A DNA stretch of 63,709 bases, counting the filler, from Candidatus Nezhaarchaeota archaeon WYZ-LMO8 (GTDB lineage: Archaea; Thermoproteota; Methanomethylicia; Nezhaarchaeales; WYZ-LMO8), in NCBI GenBank assembly GCA_004347965.1. It is 4 parts of 3 records of this genome, joined end to end, with 100 filler letters (N's around TTAATTAATTAA, not from the genome) between each part and the next. Parts side by side here need not be neighbours in the genome. Positions count along the whole stretch, not along the records: positions 35,478 to 63,709 come from QNVF01000018.1; 3 more parts are not named here. One strand, written 5' to 3'. The translations under genes and the position numbers were made by a program. Below are positions 49,523 through 58,338 of the stretch, piece by piece. Within the stretch, counting starts at the first letter, position 1. Every line of letters begins with the position of its first letter. The notes below the pieces were generated by a model. It worked only from the letters and a program-made list of their open reading frames with translations. It did no database searches and was not told the DNA's origin.

Positions 49523-50660
49523 CCCGACCGTCCCCCCTTACCATTCCAACTGCCTGCCGCACAGCATCCTCCATGCTGTCTACAACTGAAATCCCAAGCT
49601 CAGATAACATTCGTCTCCCTTGCTCTTCATTTGTCCCAACTAATCTAACTGCTAAAGGCTTTTTAATGCCAGTACTCCTCAACGCATCCAATATCCCCTT
49701 TGCAACTTCATCGCATCGAGTTATTCCACCAAGAATGTTTATTAGGATGACTTTGACCTTTGGATTAAGAAGCAGCATCTTAACCGCAGCAGCTATCCTC
49801 TCGGGAGATGCACCTCCGCCGACATCAAGGAAGTTTGCTGGACGACCTCCGAAAAGATGCACTACATCGATGGTGGCCATCGTAAGACCTGCGCCATTAC
49901 ATATAATGCCTAGGTCCCCGTCTAAATCAACATAAGCTAAATCATGTTTGGCTGCTTCTCTTTCATGTGGAGACAGAAGTTCGAAGTACTTCTCTTGCAG
50001 CTCCTTATGTCTAAAGAGGGCATTATCGTCGACTACTATGCGTGCATCTAAAGCAACGAAGTTTCCATCAATCGTCTCGGCAAGGGGGTTTACTTCGATA
50101 AGCTCTGCATCGTAATCCATTCCAGCCCTATATATGGATTGAAATATGTTCTCTAACGATAGGAGGGCATCGCCACTGTACCTCATAAACCTAGCCGCTA
50201 AACGAGCATGATATGGTTGAAGACCTAGCCAAGGATCTAAGCGGAGGGTCATAACCTTTTCAGGCGATCTCTCAGCAATCTCCTCTATGTCGACCCCGCC
50301 TTCCTGTGATGCAATCATGATGTACGTCTGGTCTACCCTACTTACAGTAATGCCGAAGTAGAGCTCTTTTTTTATTGAAAGTTTTTCTTCGATCAACAAA
50401 GACTTTACAGGCAAACCTTTTATGTGCATACCTAATAGCTTCTCAGCTATTACCTTGACCTCATCAGGTGAGTAGGCGAAAAGAATACCGCCAGCCTTCC
50501 CTCGTCCACTTACAGGTACTTGAGCCTTTACTGCGAAAGGTGGTTTAAGCTTGCAAGCCGCCTTATACGCCTCTTCAACGCTTGTTACCACAATACCTTG
50601 AGGAACTGGAATCCCGTACCTCTTCAAAACATCTTTGGCTTCGTATTCTACAAGTTTCAA
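49506..50660 (-). CDS. sucC: Succinyl-CoA synthetase beta subunit
   Basis: EYEAK, KAQV..GRGKAGG, NGAGLTMAT, ANFLDVGGG and GGITRCD motifs; probable TTG start at 50660. Confidence 0.95.
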   Translation of the reverse strand: MKLVEYEAKDVLKRYGIPVPQGIVVTSVEEAYKAACKLKPPFAVKAQVPVSGRGKAGGILFAYSPDEVKVIAEKLLGMHIKGLPVKSLLIEEKLSIKKELYFGITVSRVDQTYIMIASQEGGVDIEEIAERSPEKVMTLRLDPWLGLQPYHARLAARFMRYSGDALLSLENIFQSIYRAGMDYDAELIEVNPLAETIDGNFVALDARIVVDDNALFRHKELQEKYFELLSPHEREAAKHDLAYVDLDGDLGIICNGAGLTMATIDVVHLFGGRPANFLDVGGGASPERIAAAVKMLLLNPKVKVILINILGGITRCDEVAKGILDALRSTGIKKPLAVRLVGTNEEQGRRMLSELGISVVDSMEDAVRQAVGMVRGDGRDGDYR

Positions 50661-50819
50661 ACATAACACCCTTGCCAACAAATTGCCGCTAAACTATTCG
50701 GGGATATACTAATACACAATTTAAGTGTTATAAACTGTCTTAACGTATAAAGAGTAGAAGCTTAACTTTTAATTTTTGAACCAAGAAATTACAATTAAGA
50801 AAGGCTAAGGAGATGGTGC

Positions 50820-51587
50820 TTGACGACCACTTTTGATGCTTTGAAGTTGTCAGAGACTATCGAGAAGCTTGTAGTTAAGGGTTTGAGTAGAAAGTATTAT
50901 CGAGTAGCTAGAGGTGGTAGATGGTATGGTGGAATAGCAACCGCAGATTGTTGTGGTTGCAACTTGAGGTGCGTGTTTTGTTGGAGTGGTGTTCCTAGAG
51001 ATCATCCTGGACAAGTAGGTAAGTTCTACACTCCAGAGCAAGTTTACCAGGCAATTAAGAGCTGCGCCTTGAAGCACGGTTATCGTCAAGTGAGGATAAG
51101 TGGTAACGAGCCGACGATAGGTAGAGAACATCTACTTAAAGTTCTAGAGCTCGTTGAGAACGATGGGTTATTCACCTTTATCCTTGAGACGAATGGTATA
51201 CTTATTGGAAGTGATAGGAGTTATGCGAGAGATATTTCGAAGTTCAGTAACGTGTATGTGAGGGTATCTATTAAGGGGACGAGCGAAGAAGAGTTCTCAC
51301 TATTAACTGGAGCCTTACCGAGCCAATTCAATCTACAGCTTCAAGCTTTAAGGAACCTCTTAGACTATGGTGTTTCATGTCATCCAGCAGTCATGTTATC
51401 ATTTAGCGGCAGAGAGGGTTATGATAGAATAAAGGAAAGACTCTTAGAGATAGATCCAAGGTTAGCTAAAGAGATAGAGGAGGAGTACGTATTCATGTAT
51501 CCTCACGTAGCTGAAAGGCTACGAAAAAGTGGCATCACACCTAAGATAGCTTATGAAGTAAGAAGCATTCCAGAGGAGTTGATATGA
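50820..51587 (+). CDS. Radical SAM protein of unknown function
   Basis: CNLRCVFC (Cx3Cx2C) preceded by GGIATADCCG; RISGNEP and ETNG motifs. Confidence 0.9.
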   Translation: MTTTFDALKLSETIEKLVVKGLSRKYYRVARGGRWYGGIATADCCGCNLRCVFCWSGVPRDHPGQVGKFYTPEQVYQAIKSCALKHGYRQVRISGNEPTIGREHLLKVLELVENDGLFTFILETNGILIGSDRSYARDISKFSNVYVRVSIKGTSEEEFSLLTGALPSQFNLQLQALRNLLDYGVSCHPAVMLSFSGREGYDRIKERLLEIDPRLAKEIEEEYVFMYPHVAERLRKSGITPKIAYEVRSIPEELI

Positions 51588-51832
51588 GGAGGAAGGGGTA
51601 CCCTCACACCTCCGACATCGAAGAAGCAATAATAGAGGTCCTCACAAATGAGGACATTAAGCCTGCACAGTTTTACGATAAGGTGAAGGCTAAGCTTGAA
51701 ACTAAGGGGTTCAAGACGGTGTACATGACCATTAAGCGCGTTTGGAGGATTTACGAGGGGATGGTAAGAAAGGGTAGAATGTATGATGTGCTTGGCGTTG
51801 TTGAAGGTTATGAGGGCGATTTAAACGAGTGA
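51584..51832 (+). CDS. Small hypothetical protein, possibly winged-helix-like
   Basis: 82 aa, ATGA overlap with the radical SAM gene; basic helical pattern ending DVLGVV. Confidence 0.7.
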   Translation: MRRKGYPHTSDIEEAIIEVLTNEDIKPAQFYDKVKAKLETKGFKTVYMTIKRVWRIYEGMVRKGRMYDVLGVVEGYEGDLNE

Positions 51833-51834
51833 GT

Positions 51835-53100
51835 TTAAGTTAGCCTAAATGGTCTACTCTTAACTCCTTTCTTAACACGTTCTTCGGCGGTTAATTCGAA
51901 AAGTCTCTTCGCTAGCTCTACGTCAGCTTTAGTCTGTACTACCCCCCTTCTCTCGTACATCCTCCTCTGCGTTTCAATGGCTGATTCTAATGTCAATTCT
52001 ACAGGTTCAAGACCAAAGCTTCTAGCCCATATGGTGAAGGGAGGAACGTCATCGTACACGAAGCCGTGCACATGCGAGAAAGATCCGATCTTCTTGCCTG
52101 AATATATTTGCGTCCCTATGCTAGTCTTTACGTAATCGCCTATGAAGCATCCTAGCTTTACAAGACCGCTATCGATCATCGAGTCCCTTATTGAAACTCT
52201 TACAGTGCCATACGTGTTCTTAAGATCTGAGACGTTTGTTCCAGCACCTATGTTCGCCCATTCTCCTATGTAGGAGTGACCTATGAAGCCTGCGTGCTGC
52301 TTATTCGTGAAATCGGAGATTATCGATTCTTCAAGCTCACTTCCAAAACCTATCCTACAAACTCTACCTACGTAGCACTTAGATCTTATGTAAGCCCCCT
52401 TAATCATGGTGCCGTCGCCTATGTACACTGGTCCCTCTATCTTGGTGTAACCCTCGATAATGCAGTTTTTGCCTATGTACACTGGTCCCTTCCTAACATC
52501 GACTATAACTGGACCCTCGACTTGGATGTCACCACCGACTCTTAACATCTGAGGGTCACCAATCACCTTAATCTCATCGCCGCTATACCCCTCTCCTAGG
52601 GATGACACTTCGTTTAGAAGCTTTGACGTCAACTCCATTAAGTGCCAAGGATAATTTATGAGGTTTAGGTCCACCTCCTTTATGCTCGCAAATGACTTAA
52701 TTAGCCTAGGTTCAAAGATTCTATTTGCTAAAGCTCCTCTTGCAACGCCCTCTCCAAGCTTCATCGCTATTAATGCGCCCTTGCACGTTAAGGCCTCCCC
52801 CAACTTCATTGAACGTAAAATAGATACCGCTTCAAAATCCACTAAGAGTCTCCCATTAACTATTAACGTCTCGCCCTCCACGTCTACTTCATTGACAGTA
52901 AAGGAGGTTTTCTGGATTAACTTCTCCTTGAGGTAGTCTCTAGTGAATAGTAGGACTTTTTGAGGTCTCAATTCCTCTATCATCCTCTCAAGCAGGGTTT
53001 TTGAGCCACATACAAGGTTGAAGACAGGCTTCGTATGAGTCATGGGCAGGAAGTTCTCGTAGTCCTCGTCCTCAAAGACGCACAAAGTTACTATGCTCAT
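51835..53100 (-). CDS. GlmU-related sugar nucleotidyltransferase/acyltransferase with a left-handed beta-helix
   Basis: FED...NFLPMTHTKPVFNL..G N-terminus lacking the canonical GxGxR; hexapeptide repeats; NKQHAGFIGHSYIGEWANIGAGT..SDLKN. Confidence 0.85.
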   Translation of the reverse strand: MSIVTLCVFEDEDYENFLPMTHTKPVFNLVCGSKTLLERMIEELRPQKVLLFTRDYLKEKLIQKTSFTVNEVDVEGETLIVNGRLLVDFEAVSILRSMKLGEALTCKGALIAMKLGEGVARGALANRIFEPRLIKSFASIKEVDLNLINYPWHLMELTSKLLNEVSSLGEGYSGDEIKVIGDPQMLRVGGDIQVEGPVIVDVRKGPVYIGKNCIIEGYTKIEGPVYIGDGTMIKGAYIRSKCYVGRVCRIGFGSELEESIISDFTNKQHAGFIGHSYIGEWANIGAGTNVSDLKNTYGTVRVSIRDSMIDSGLVKLGCFIGDYVKTSIGTQIYSGKKIGSFSHVHGFVYDDVPPFTIWARSFGLEPVELTLESAIETQRRMYERRGVVQTKADVELAKRLFELTAEERVKKGVKSRPFRLT

Positions 53101-53183
53101 GTTGGGCACCTTAACAGTAATTAATACGGTGAGAGTAGGTTATTTATTTGTGATGAGGTAGTTAAAAGAAGTTGTGGTGGAAA

Positions 53184-53615
53184 ATGAAGTTGAGACTTAT
53201 GGATCTATTGGCATGTCCAATGTGTAAGAAGTTTCCACTAAAGCTGCTAATATTTAGGGTTGAAGAGAGGGATAAACCTAAAGAGCTACCATCGAAGTGC
53301 CCTCTCTACTGTGCTTTAAAGAGCGGTTGGGTTAAGGACGTTAAGCCCACTGATGATGAGTGTCTCGACTGCTTTTCGAAGGAGATTGTTGAAGGGCTCA
53401 TTATATGTGAGGAATGCTATAGATGGTATCCGATAATTGATGAAATACCACACATGTTACCCGATGATTTGCGGCTTATGGATCCTGACGAGGAGCTAGA
53501 GTTCATGAATAGGTGGATCGATAAGTTTCCTAAAGAAATAACTGAGAGCGGTAGACCATTTAATGAGGAGAGCTTAAGAGAGTATAGGGTTAAGAAGGGT
53601 AGGCGGCGTAGCTAA
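53184..53615 (+). CDS. Trm112-like protein (long archaeal form)
   Basis: LMDLLACPMC and GLIICEECYRWYPIIDEIPHMLPD motifs; probable ATG at 53184. Confidence 0.88.
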   Translation: MKLRLMDLLACPMCKKFPLKLLIFRVEERDKPKELPSKCPLYCALKSGWVKDVKPTDDECLDCFSKEIVEGLIICEECYRWYPIIDEIPHMLPDDLRLMDPDEELEFMNRWIDKFPKEITESGRPFNEESLREYRVKKGRRRS

Positions 53616-54403
53616 TGAGCTTGTTTGAAAGGGTCTTGAGGTATCTTGGGGTTTACAAGCTCTACGGGAAATGGCTTGAAAGGAATGTAAAGTCTAGGCC
53701 CATGCCCCAGCACGTGGGCGTGATCCTGGACGGCAATAGGCGTTGGGCTAGAAGCAAGGGGTTGTCCCTAGAAGAGGGTTATAGAATTGGTGCTAAGAAA
53801 GTCGAAGAGCTATTGAATTGGTGTTTAAAACTTGGCATCAAGACATTGACGATATACGTGTTTTCAACTGAAAACTTCAAACGAAAGACTGAGGAAGTAG
53901 ATGTAGTCATGAAAATTGCTGAAGAGACGTTGCGAAGAGTCTTGAAAGATGAGCGAGTACATAGATATGGTGTTAGAGTCAAGGCCTTGGGAAGAACATG
54001 GTTGCTACCACGTAATGTTCAGAAGCTTCTATATGAGCTTGAAGAGATGACATCAAGTTATTCAAACTACTACCTTAATGTAGCGATTGCCTACGGTGGG
54101 AGGGCAGAAATAATAGATGCTATAAGACAGATATCAAGCTTAGTTGTTAAGGGCTCTCTTAAACCTGAGGACATAGACGAGGAGTTATTCGAGAAATTCC
54201 TATATACATCTCATTTACCAAACCCCCATCCAGACTTAATCGTAAGGACCTCAGGTGAGGAGAGGTTAAGCGGATTTCTTCTTTGGCAGTCGGCTTATAG
54301 CGAGCTTTGCTTCCTCGATGTATACTGGCCAGAGTTCAGGTACATAGATTTGCTCAGAGTTATTAGGACATATCAAAAGCGTCAAAGAAGATTTGGAGTT
54401 TAA
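53615..54403 (+). CDS. uppS: cis-prenyltransferase (polyprenyl diphosphate synthase)
   Basis: ILDGNRRWA, FSTENF, YGGRAEI and RTSGEERLSGFLLWQ motifs. Confidence 0.95.
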   Translation: MSLFERVLRYLGVYKLYGKWLERNVKSRPMPQHVGVILDGNRRWARSKGLSLEEGYRIGAKKVEELLNWCLKLGIKTLTIYVFSTENFKRKTEEVDVVMKIAEETLRRVLKDERVHRYGVRVKALGRTWLLPRNVQKLLYELEEMTSSYSNYYLNVAIAYGGRAEIIDAIRQISSLVVKGSLKPEDIDEELFEKFLYTSHLPNPHPDLIVRTSGEERLSGFLLWQSAYSELCFLDVYWPEFRYIDLLRVIRTYQKRQRRFGV

Positions 54404-57234
54404 ACTTCACTATTTGCACATTTTACGCATAATATCTTCCTCCTAATGAGACCTCTAGATTCGCCTATGCAATCTCTACATACGTAATTGCCACATAAAG
54501 CGCAACGATTTGCGTGATCTCTACAAACAGCTCTTCCACATACTTCACATGTATATGAATGTGAGAGACAAACATCTCTTCCACATACGTTGCACGTCCT
54601 CCTCTCCTCATTTTCGCAGAATGTCTTGCTGCAAACTTCACATGTCCAACTATGCTGCTTACAAACTACTGTACCACATTCAGCACACGCAAGGAGGCAT
54701 GAAGAGCAGAGAGGCTCATTGCATATCGAGCATCTATTAGCATGCGCACTACATATCGTCTTAGAGCACGAAGAGCACTTTAACATGTGAGAGTCAAAGT
54801 GTACTTCACATAGTATTGTTCCACATGCAGAGCACCTCAGTGAGTGCTTTGAGCATATGGAGTTAAAACACATCTCACAAATTGCTGAGCTTGAGAGATA
54901 TTTTAGCTCTGTATTGCATATGGTACATGAGCCGTAGAAACCTTTGCCATTTAAAGCATTCCACCAAATTGTAACTTCCTTAGAATTGTCCTTACTAGCT
55001 ATTACTAACTTTGCTTTATACACTGGAATCCACATAAGCTGAAAATTAACGATGGAGAGCTCTTTAGGTTCAGGTTGGATTATCATGGACTTTACATCGA
55101 AGCTTTTGAGGGAGTTGATCTTCATCCTTAGCTCTCTGATCTTCTCTCTCCACTCTCTTTCCAGAGCTCTCTTCTTCTCATTCAGCTCTTTTATTTGAAC
55201 GTTTATCTTCAACATTTCGTCTCTAATGTTCTCAAGCTTATTCTTTCTAATGTCGAGCTGCTTCGAGAGCTTAAGTATTGGCTTTCCATGCTTCTTTGCC
55301 TCCTTGAGCTGCTCACTTAACTGCTCGTATTCACGACGTAAAACATTGTAACTCTCACCTAATTTTCGAAGTCTCTTATTGTATCTCTCTATCGCCTCGT
55401 CTATCTCGGTCATGGATTTAAGGTAGCTCTCTTCGAGGTTCCTCTCTTCACATCGTTCTATCTCAGCTACCTCGTTGAGACATTCTGATAAGAAGGCTTG
55501 CTTATCACTTGTTAACGAAAACTTGCCGAGTTTCTTACTGTAGTAAAGTGTCTTTACAAGTTTTGTGGCAGCGTAAGCTAGTAGTTCCTCTCTAATCTTC
55601 TTGACTATCTTGGCGTCTGCTATGTTAAAGCATGTTCTCTGATAGGAGCCGGGTTGTGGAGGTGATGGAAGAAGATCGAGAGATTCTAAGTCCTTCAATT
55701 CTATATCGTAAGCTTGAGAGCTATCCCAATTTATCTCCCTAACCTCTACGCCTATGGGTATTAATCTTTGAATAGCATCTGAGAGCTTCACATAGGGGTT
55801 TTGTCTCTCAACTTTTGCCTCAACTTCGCAGTAAAGGGCAGGCATGTAGTTTAGCTCTAATGACGTTACGTCGAAACTCAGATTAGAGTATGTGTTCTCG
55901 ATCTTCTCCAATATCTCCGATTCATTAACAACTATCGGCAGGAAGACTTGAGGAAGACCTACCACTGAAATAGGTTGTTTCTGAAGTTTGTCTAAGTCGC
56001 ATGTAGCTGCCTTTGAAAGCTTTTCAAGCAACCTTGCAACTGAAGCATCACTAGGTTTAACTGCGTAATCCAATGGATTAAAGCCTTCACCCCCATGCTT
56101 AGTTTCTCGAGGTCTGATCCTAACTACTATCGGTATCTTCTCAACAGATTCACCGGTTATAACAGCTTCACCACTTTCAAGCCAGGCTATGACGTTCTCC
56201 CACTCATTCTCAAGCCCTCCACTTTCAAGCGTTATCCTCATGTCATTAGGATCAGATAGCCTATGGATAACCCATGTGCCAACAAGCCCCCTAACGGTTG
56301 TATCAAGTAGTTGAGGTCTTTGAGTTATGACTATCAAGCCTGCACCAAACTTTCTGCCTTCCTGGGCAAACCTTCTAATGATGTCAGTAGCCTTGGTCCT
56401 TTCTCTACCAGCGAATCTATGGGCCTCATCGAGGACACAGTAGAAGGGCCTTAATCTACCTTCTACCACTGCTTGAAATACCTTCTCAAGGATTGAAGAG
56501 ACTAGAGATATCTGTTCCTCCCTTAATAGTCCTCGAAGATTAATTATTGTACATTGACCTGGAACTATTAAGTCCTCAGGTTTAGCCACTTCCAATGCAT
56601 TAAGCGGAAGATCTATGCCGGGACTAACTTTAGGGTCTCCAAACTCCACGACGTTTTCAGCGTAAGATTTAGGGTATACACCAAACTCTTCGGAGGTTAC
56701 ATCTCCCATTACCTTTAAACTTGAGTATTCGCCATGGATGTCTATTATCAGCAGCGGTATTCCCTTCTTCAATAGCTCCTCGATGAAGACGCCGGCTGTA
56801 TATGACTTCCCTGAACCTGGCTTTCCAACTATGAATATCCTTCCAAGCTTCTTTATTGGAAGCCATATCTTGCAATCCAGTGCCTTCAGTTTGCCTATGT
56901 ATATTCCAGTCGAGGGATCATCGCTAAGCTTTAATGCTCTCCTAATGTGCTCTTCCTTAGCTAAGTAGACAGAGCTTCCAGGTATGAAGGGGAGCTTGGG
57001 CCCTTGACCTATGACAAAGCATTCAGCATAAACGCCGTCATCGGTTCGATAAAGCTCCTTGATTCCACAAACGTAGTATGTGCCCTCGTGAGCTATTTCG
57101 AGGAAAGAGTTCTTCCCAACTTCATCAGATAAGATCTTAATCCTGAAGCTACTAGTAGTGGTCTTACCTTCAATAATGCCTACTGGTTTAGCGTAGGAGA
57201 TGTTTGATTCGCTCTTCTCCAATTTGTCCCCCAA
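54400..57234 (-). CDS. HerA/FtsK-superfamily ATPase fused to a coiled coil and a C-terminal multi-zinc-finger array (944 aa)
   Basis: Short beta-rich N-terminus; Walker A GKPGSGKS; IIDIHGEY; Walker B VLDEAH; EGRKFG; ITQRP; about 150 aa of heptad-rich region; nine CxxC-x4-Cxx(H/C) repeats. Confidence 0.88.
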   Translation of the reverse strand: MGDKLEKSESNISYAKPVGIIEGKTTTSSFRIKILSDEVGKNSFLEIAHEGTYYVCGIKELYRTDDGVYAECFVIGQGPKLPFIPGSSVYLAKEEHIRRALKLSDDPSTGIYIGKLKALDCKIWLPIKKLGRIFIVGKPGSGKSYTAGVFIEELLKKGIPLLIIDIHGEYSSLKVMGDVTSEEFGVYPKSYAENVVEFGDPKVSPGIDLPLNALEVAKPEDLIVPGQCTIINLRGLLREEQISLVSSILEKVFQAVVEGRLRPFYCVLDEAHRFAGRERTKATDIIRRFAQEGRKFGAGLIVITQRPQLLDTTVRGLVGTWVIHRLSDPNDMRITLESGGLENEWENVIAWLESGEAVITGESVEKIPIVVRIRPRETKHGGEGFNPLDYAVKPSDASVARLLEKLSKAATCDLDKLQKQPISVVGLPQVFLPIVVNESEILEKIENTYSNLSFDVTSLELNYMPALYCEVEAKVERQNPYVKLSDAIQRLIPIGVEVREINWDSSQAYDIELKDLESLDLLPSPPQPGSYQRTCFNIADAKIVKKIREELLAYAATKLVKTLYYSKKLGKFSLTSDKQAFLSECLNEVAEIERCEERNLEESYLKSMTEIDEAIERYNKRLRKLGESYNVLRREYEQLSEQLKEAKKHGKPILKLSKQLDIRKNKLENIRDEMLKINVQIKELNEKKRALEREWREKIRELRMKINSLKSFDVKSMIIQPEPKELSIVNFQLMWIPVYKAKLVIASKDNSKEVTIWWNALNGKGFYGSCTICNTELKYLSSSAICEMCFNSICSKHSLRCSACGTILCEVHFDSHMLKCSSCSKTICSAHANRCSICNEPLCSSCLLACAECGTVVCKQHSWTCEVCSKTFCENEERRTCNVCGRDVCLSHSYTCEVCGRAVCRDHANRCALCGNYVCRDCIGESRGLIRRKILCVKCANSEV

Positions 57235-57477
57235 CTCTATGAAGTTTTAGGCAACTATTGTAGTTAATTACAAACAAAATGTAAGCTAAATGTTTTTAAG
57301 TCATTTGGCTTTCATGAAGCTCCAACCTTTAATTTGAATTTTATTTCGCACATTTAAAGGAGAGCTTCCAAAGCTCGAAGATTAAAGCTTTTAACGTTTA
57401 TAAGACCTTCGTGAAGGCTTAAGTGCTGAGTGCTTTATTCATGGAAAATGTTATATCATCCTCCGCCCCTCTAGCGT

Positions 57478-58329
57478 ATGATGGACGAGCATGTGATGGA
57501 AGCTTTGGGGAGGACCAGAATAGTGGTACGCAACGGTAAAGTTGTAGATGTTGGAAAGCCACTGATAAAGTCTTGTCCGTTAGCAAGCAGGTTTGAGGAA
57601 CCGGTAAAGATATTTTCGAAGGAGGAGATTAAGAGGAACATAGAGTTCAGGATAAGAAAGTTTGGTATGTTCACTAAGAATAGGATCGTTACATCAGACG
57701 AAGACTTCGTTCCCTTTGGATCTTCTGAGCTAATAAGCTTTGGATTAAAGAAGCACATGATCGGCGGTGCCGTCATAGTCGCTGATTGTGCTGGAACTGT
57801 TGTAACAAGAAATCCGTTATTAGTCCAGGGCCTTGGGGGTAGACTATCTGGTCTTGTGAAAACAAGCCCAATACCAGAGGTTATTAAGAGAATAGAGTTG
57901 GAAGGAGGCATCGTCCTTGATAAAGAAGGAGCCAGAATAGATCAGTTAGCTGGAGTTGAGCTCGCCTACAAGCTTGGGATGTCAAATGTTGCTGTAACAA
58001 TAGTTAGTGCTAAAGACGCTGAGATCATAAGGGCTAGGTACGAGGATTCATGGATATTTGCCACGCACTTAACCGGGACGTCAAAGGAGGAGACAGAGAT
58101 CTTAGCAAGCACCTGTGACGTGATAACTTCGTGTGCATCAAGATGGGTGAGGGAGATCGCTGGAAGGAAGGCTTTACTACAAGCTGGCACTACAATACCC
58201 GTCTTTGCGATGACTCAAAGAGCGAAGGATCTAGTGTTGGAGAGACTTAAGAGCCTAGAACGTCAGATACTCGTGAAATTAGAGAAATTACCTTTTACTC
58301 CGACTGAAAGCCCCTTCCCCCTCATTTAA
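57478..58329 (+). CDS. Methanogenesis marker protein 8 (DUF2099)
   Basis: DEHVMEALG, CPL, NIEFRI..FGM, FGSSE, DCAGTV and VQGLGGRLSGLVKTSPIPEVI motifs. Confidence 0.88.
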   Translation: MMDEHVMEALGRTRIVVRNGKVVDVGKPLIKSCPLASRFEEPVKIFSKEEIKRNIEFRIRKFGMFTKNRIVTSDEDFVPFGSSELISFGLKKHMIGGAVIVADCAGTVVTRNPLLVQGLGGRLSGLVKTSPIPEVIKRIELEGGIVLDKEGARIDQLAGVELAYKLGMSNVAVTIVSAKDAEIIRARYEDSWIFATHLTGTSKEETEILASTCDVITSCASRWVREIAGRKALLQAGTTIPVFAMTQRAKDLVLERLKSLERQILVKLEKLPFTPTESPFPLI

Positions 58330-58338
58330 TCGTTCGAT

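Noticed and set aside
52417..52490. Exact 20-nt direct repeat GCCTATGTACACTGGTCCCT at 52417 and 52471
   Set aside because: The 54-nt period equals one 18-aa coil of the left-handed beta-helix (GPVYIG twice) inside the GlmU-like gene; a coding repeat, not CRISPR or an att site.
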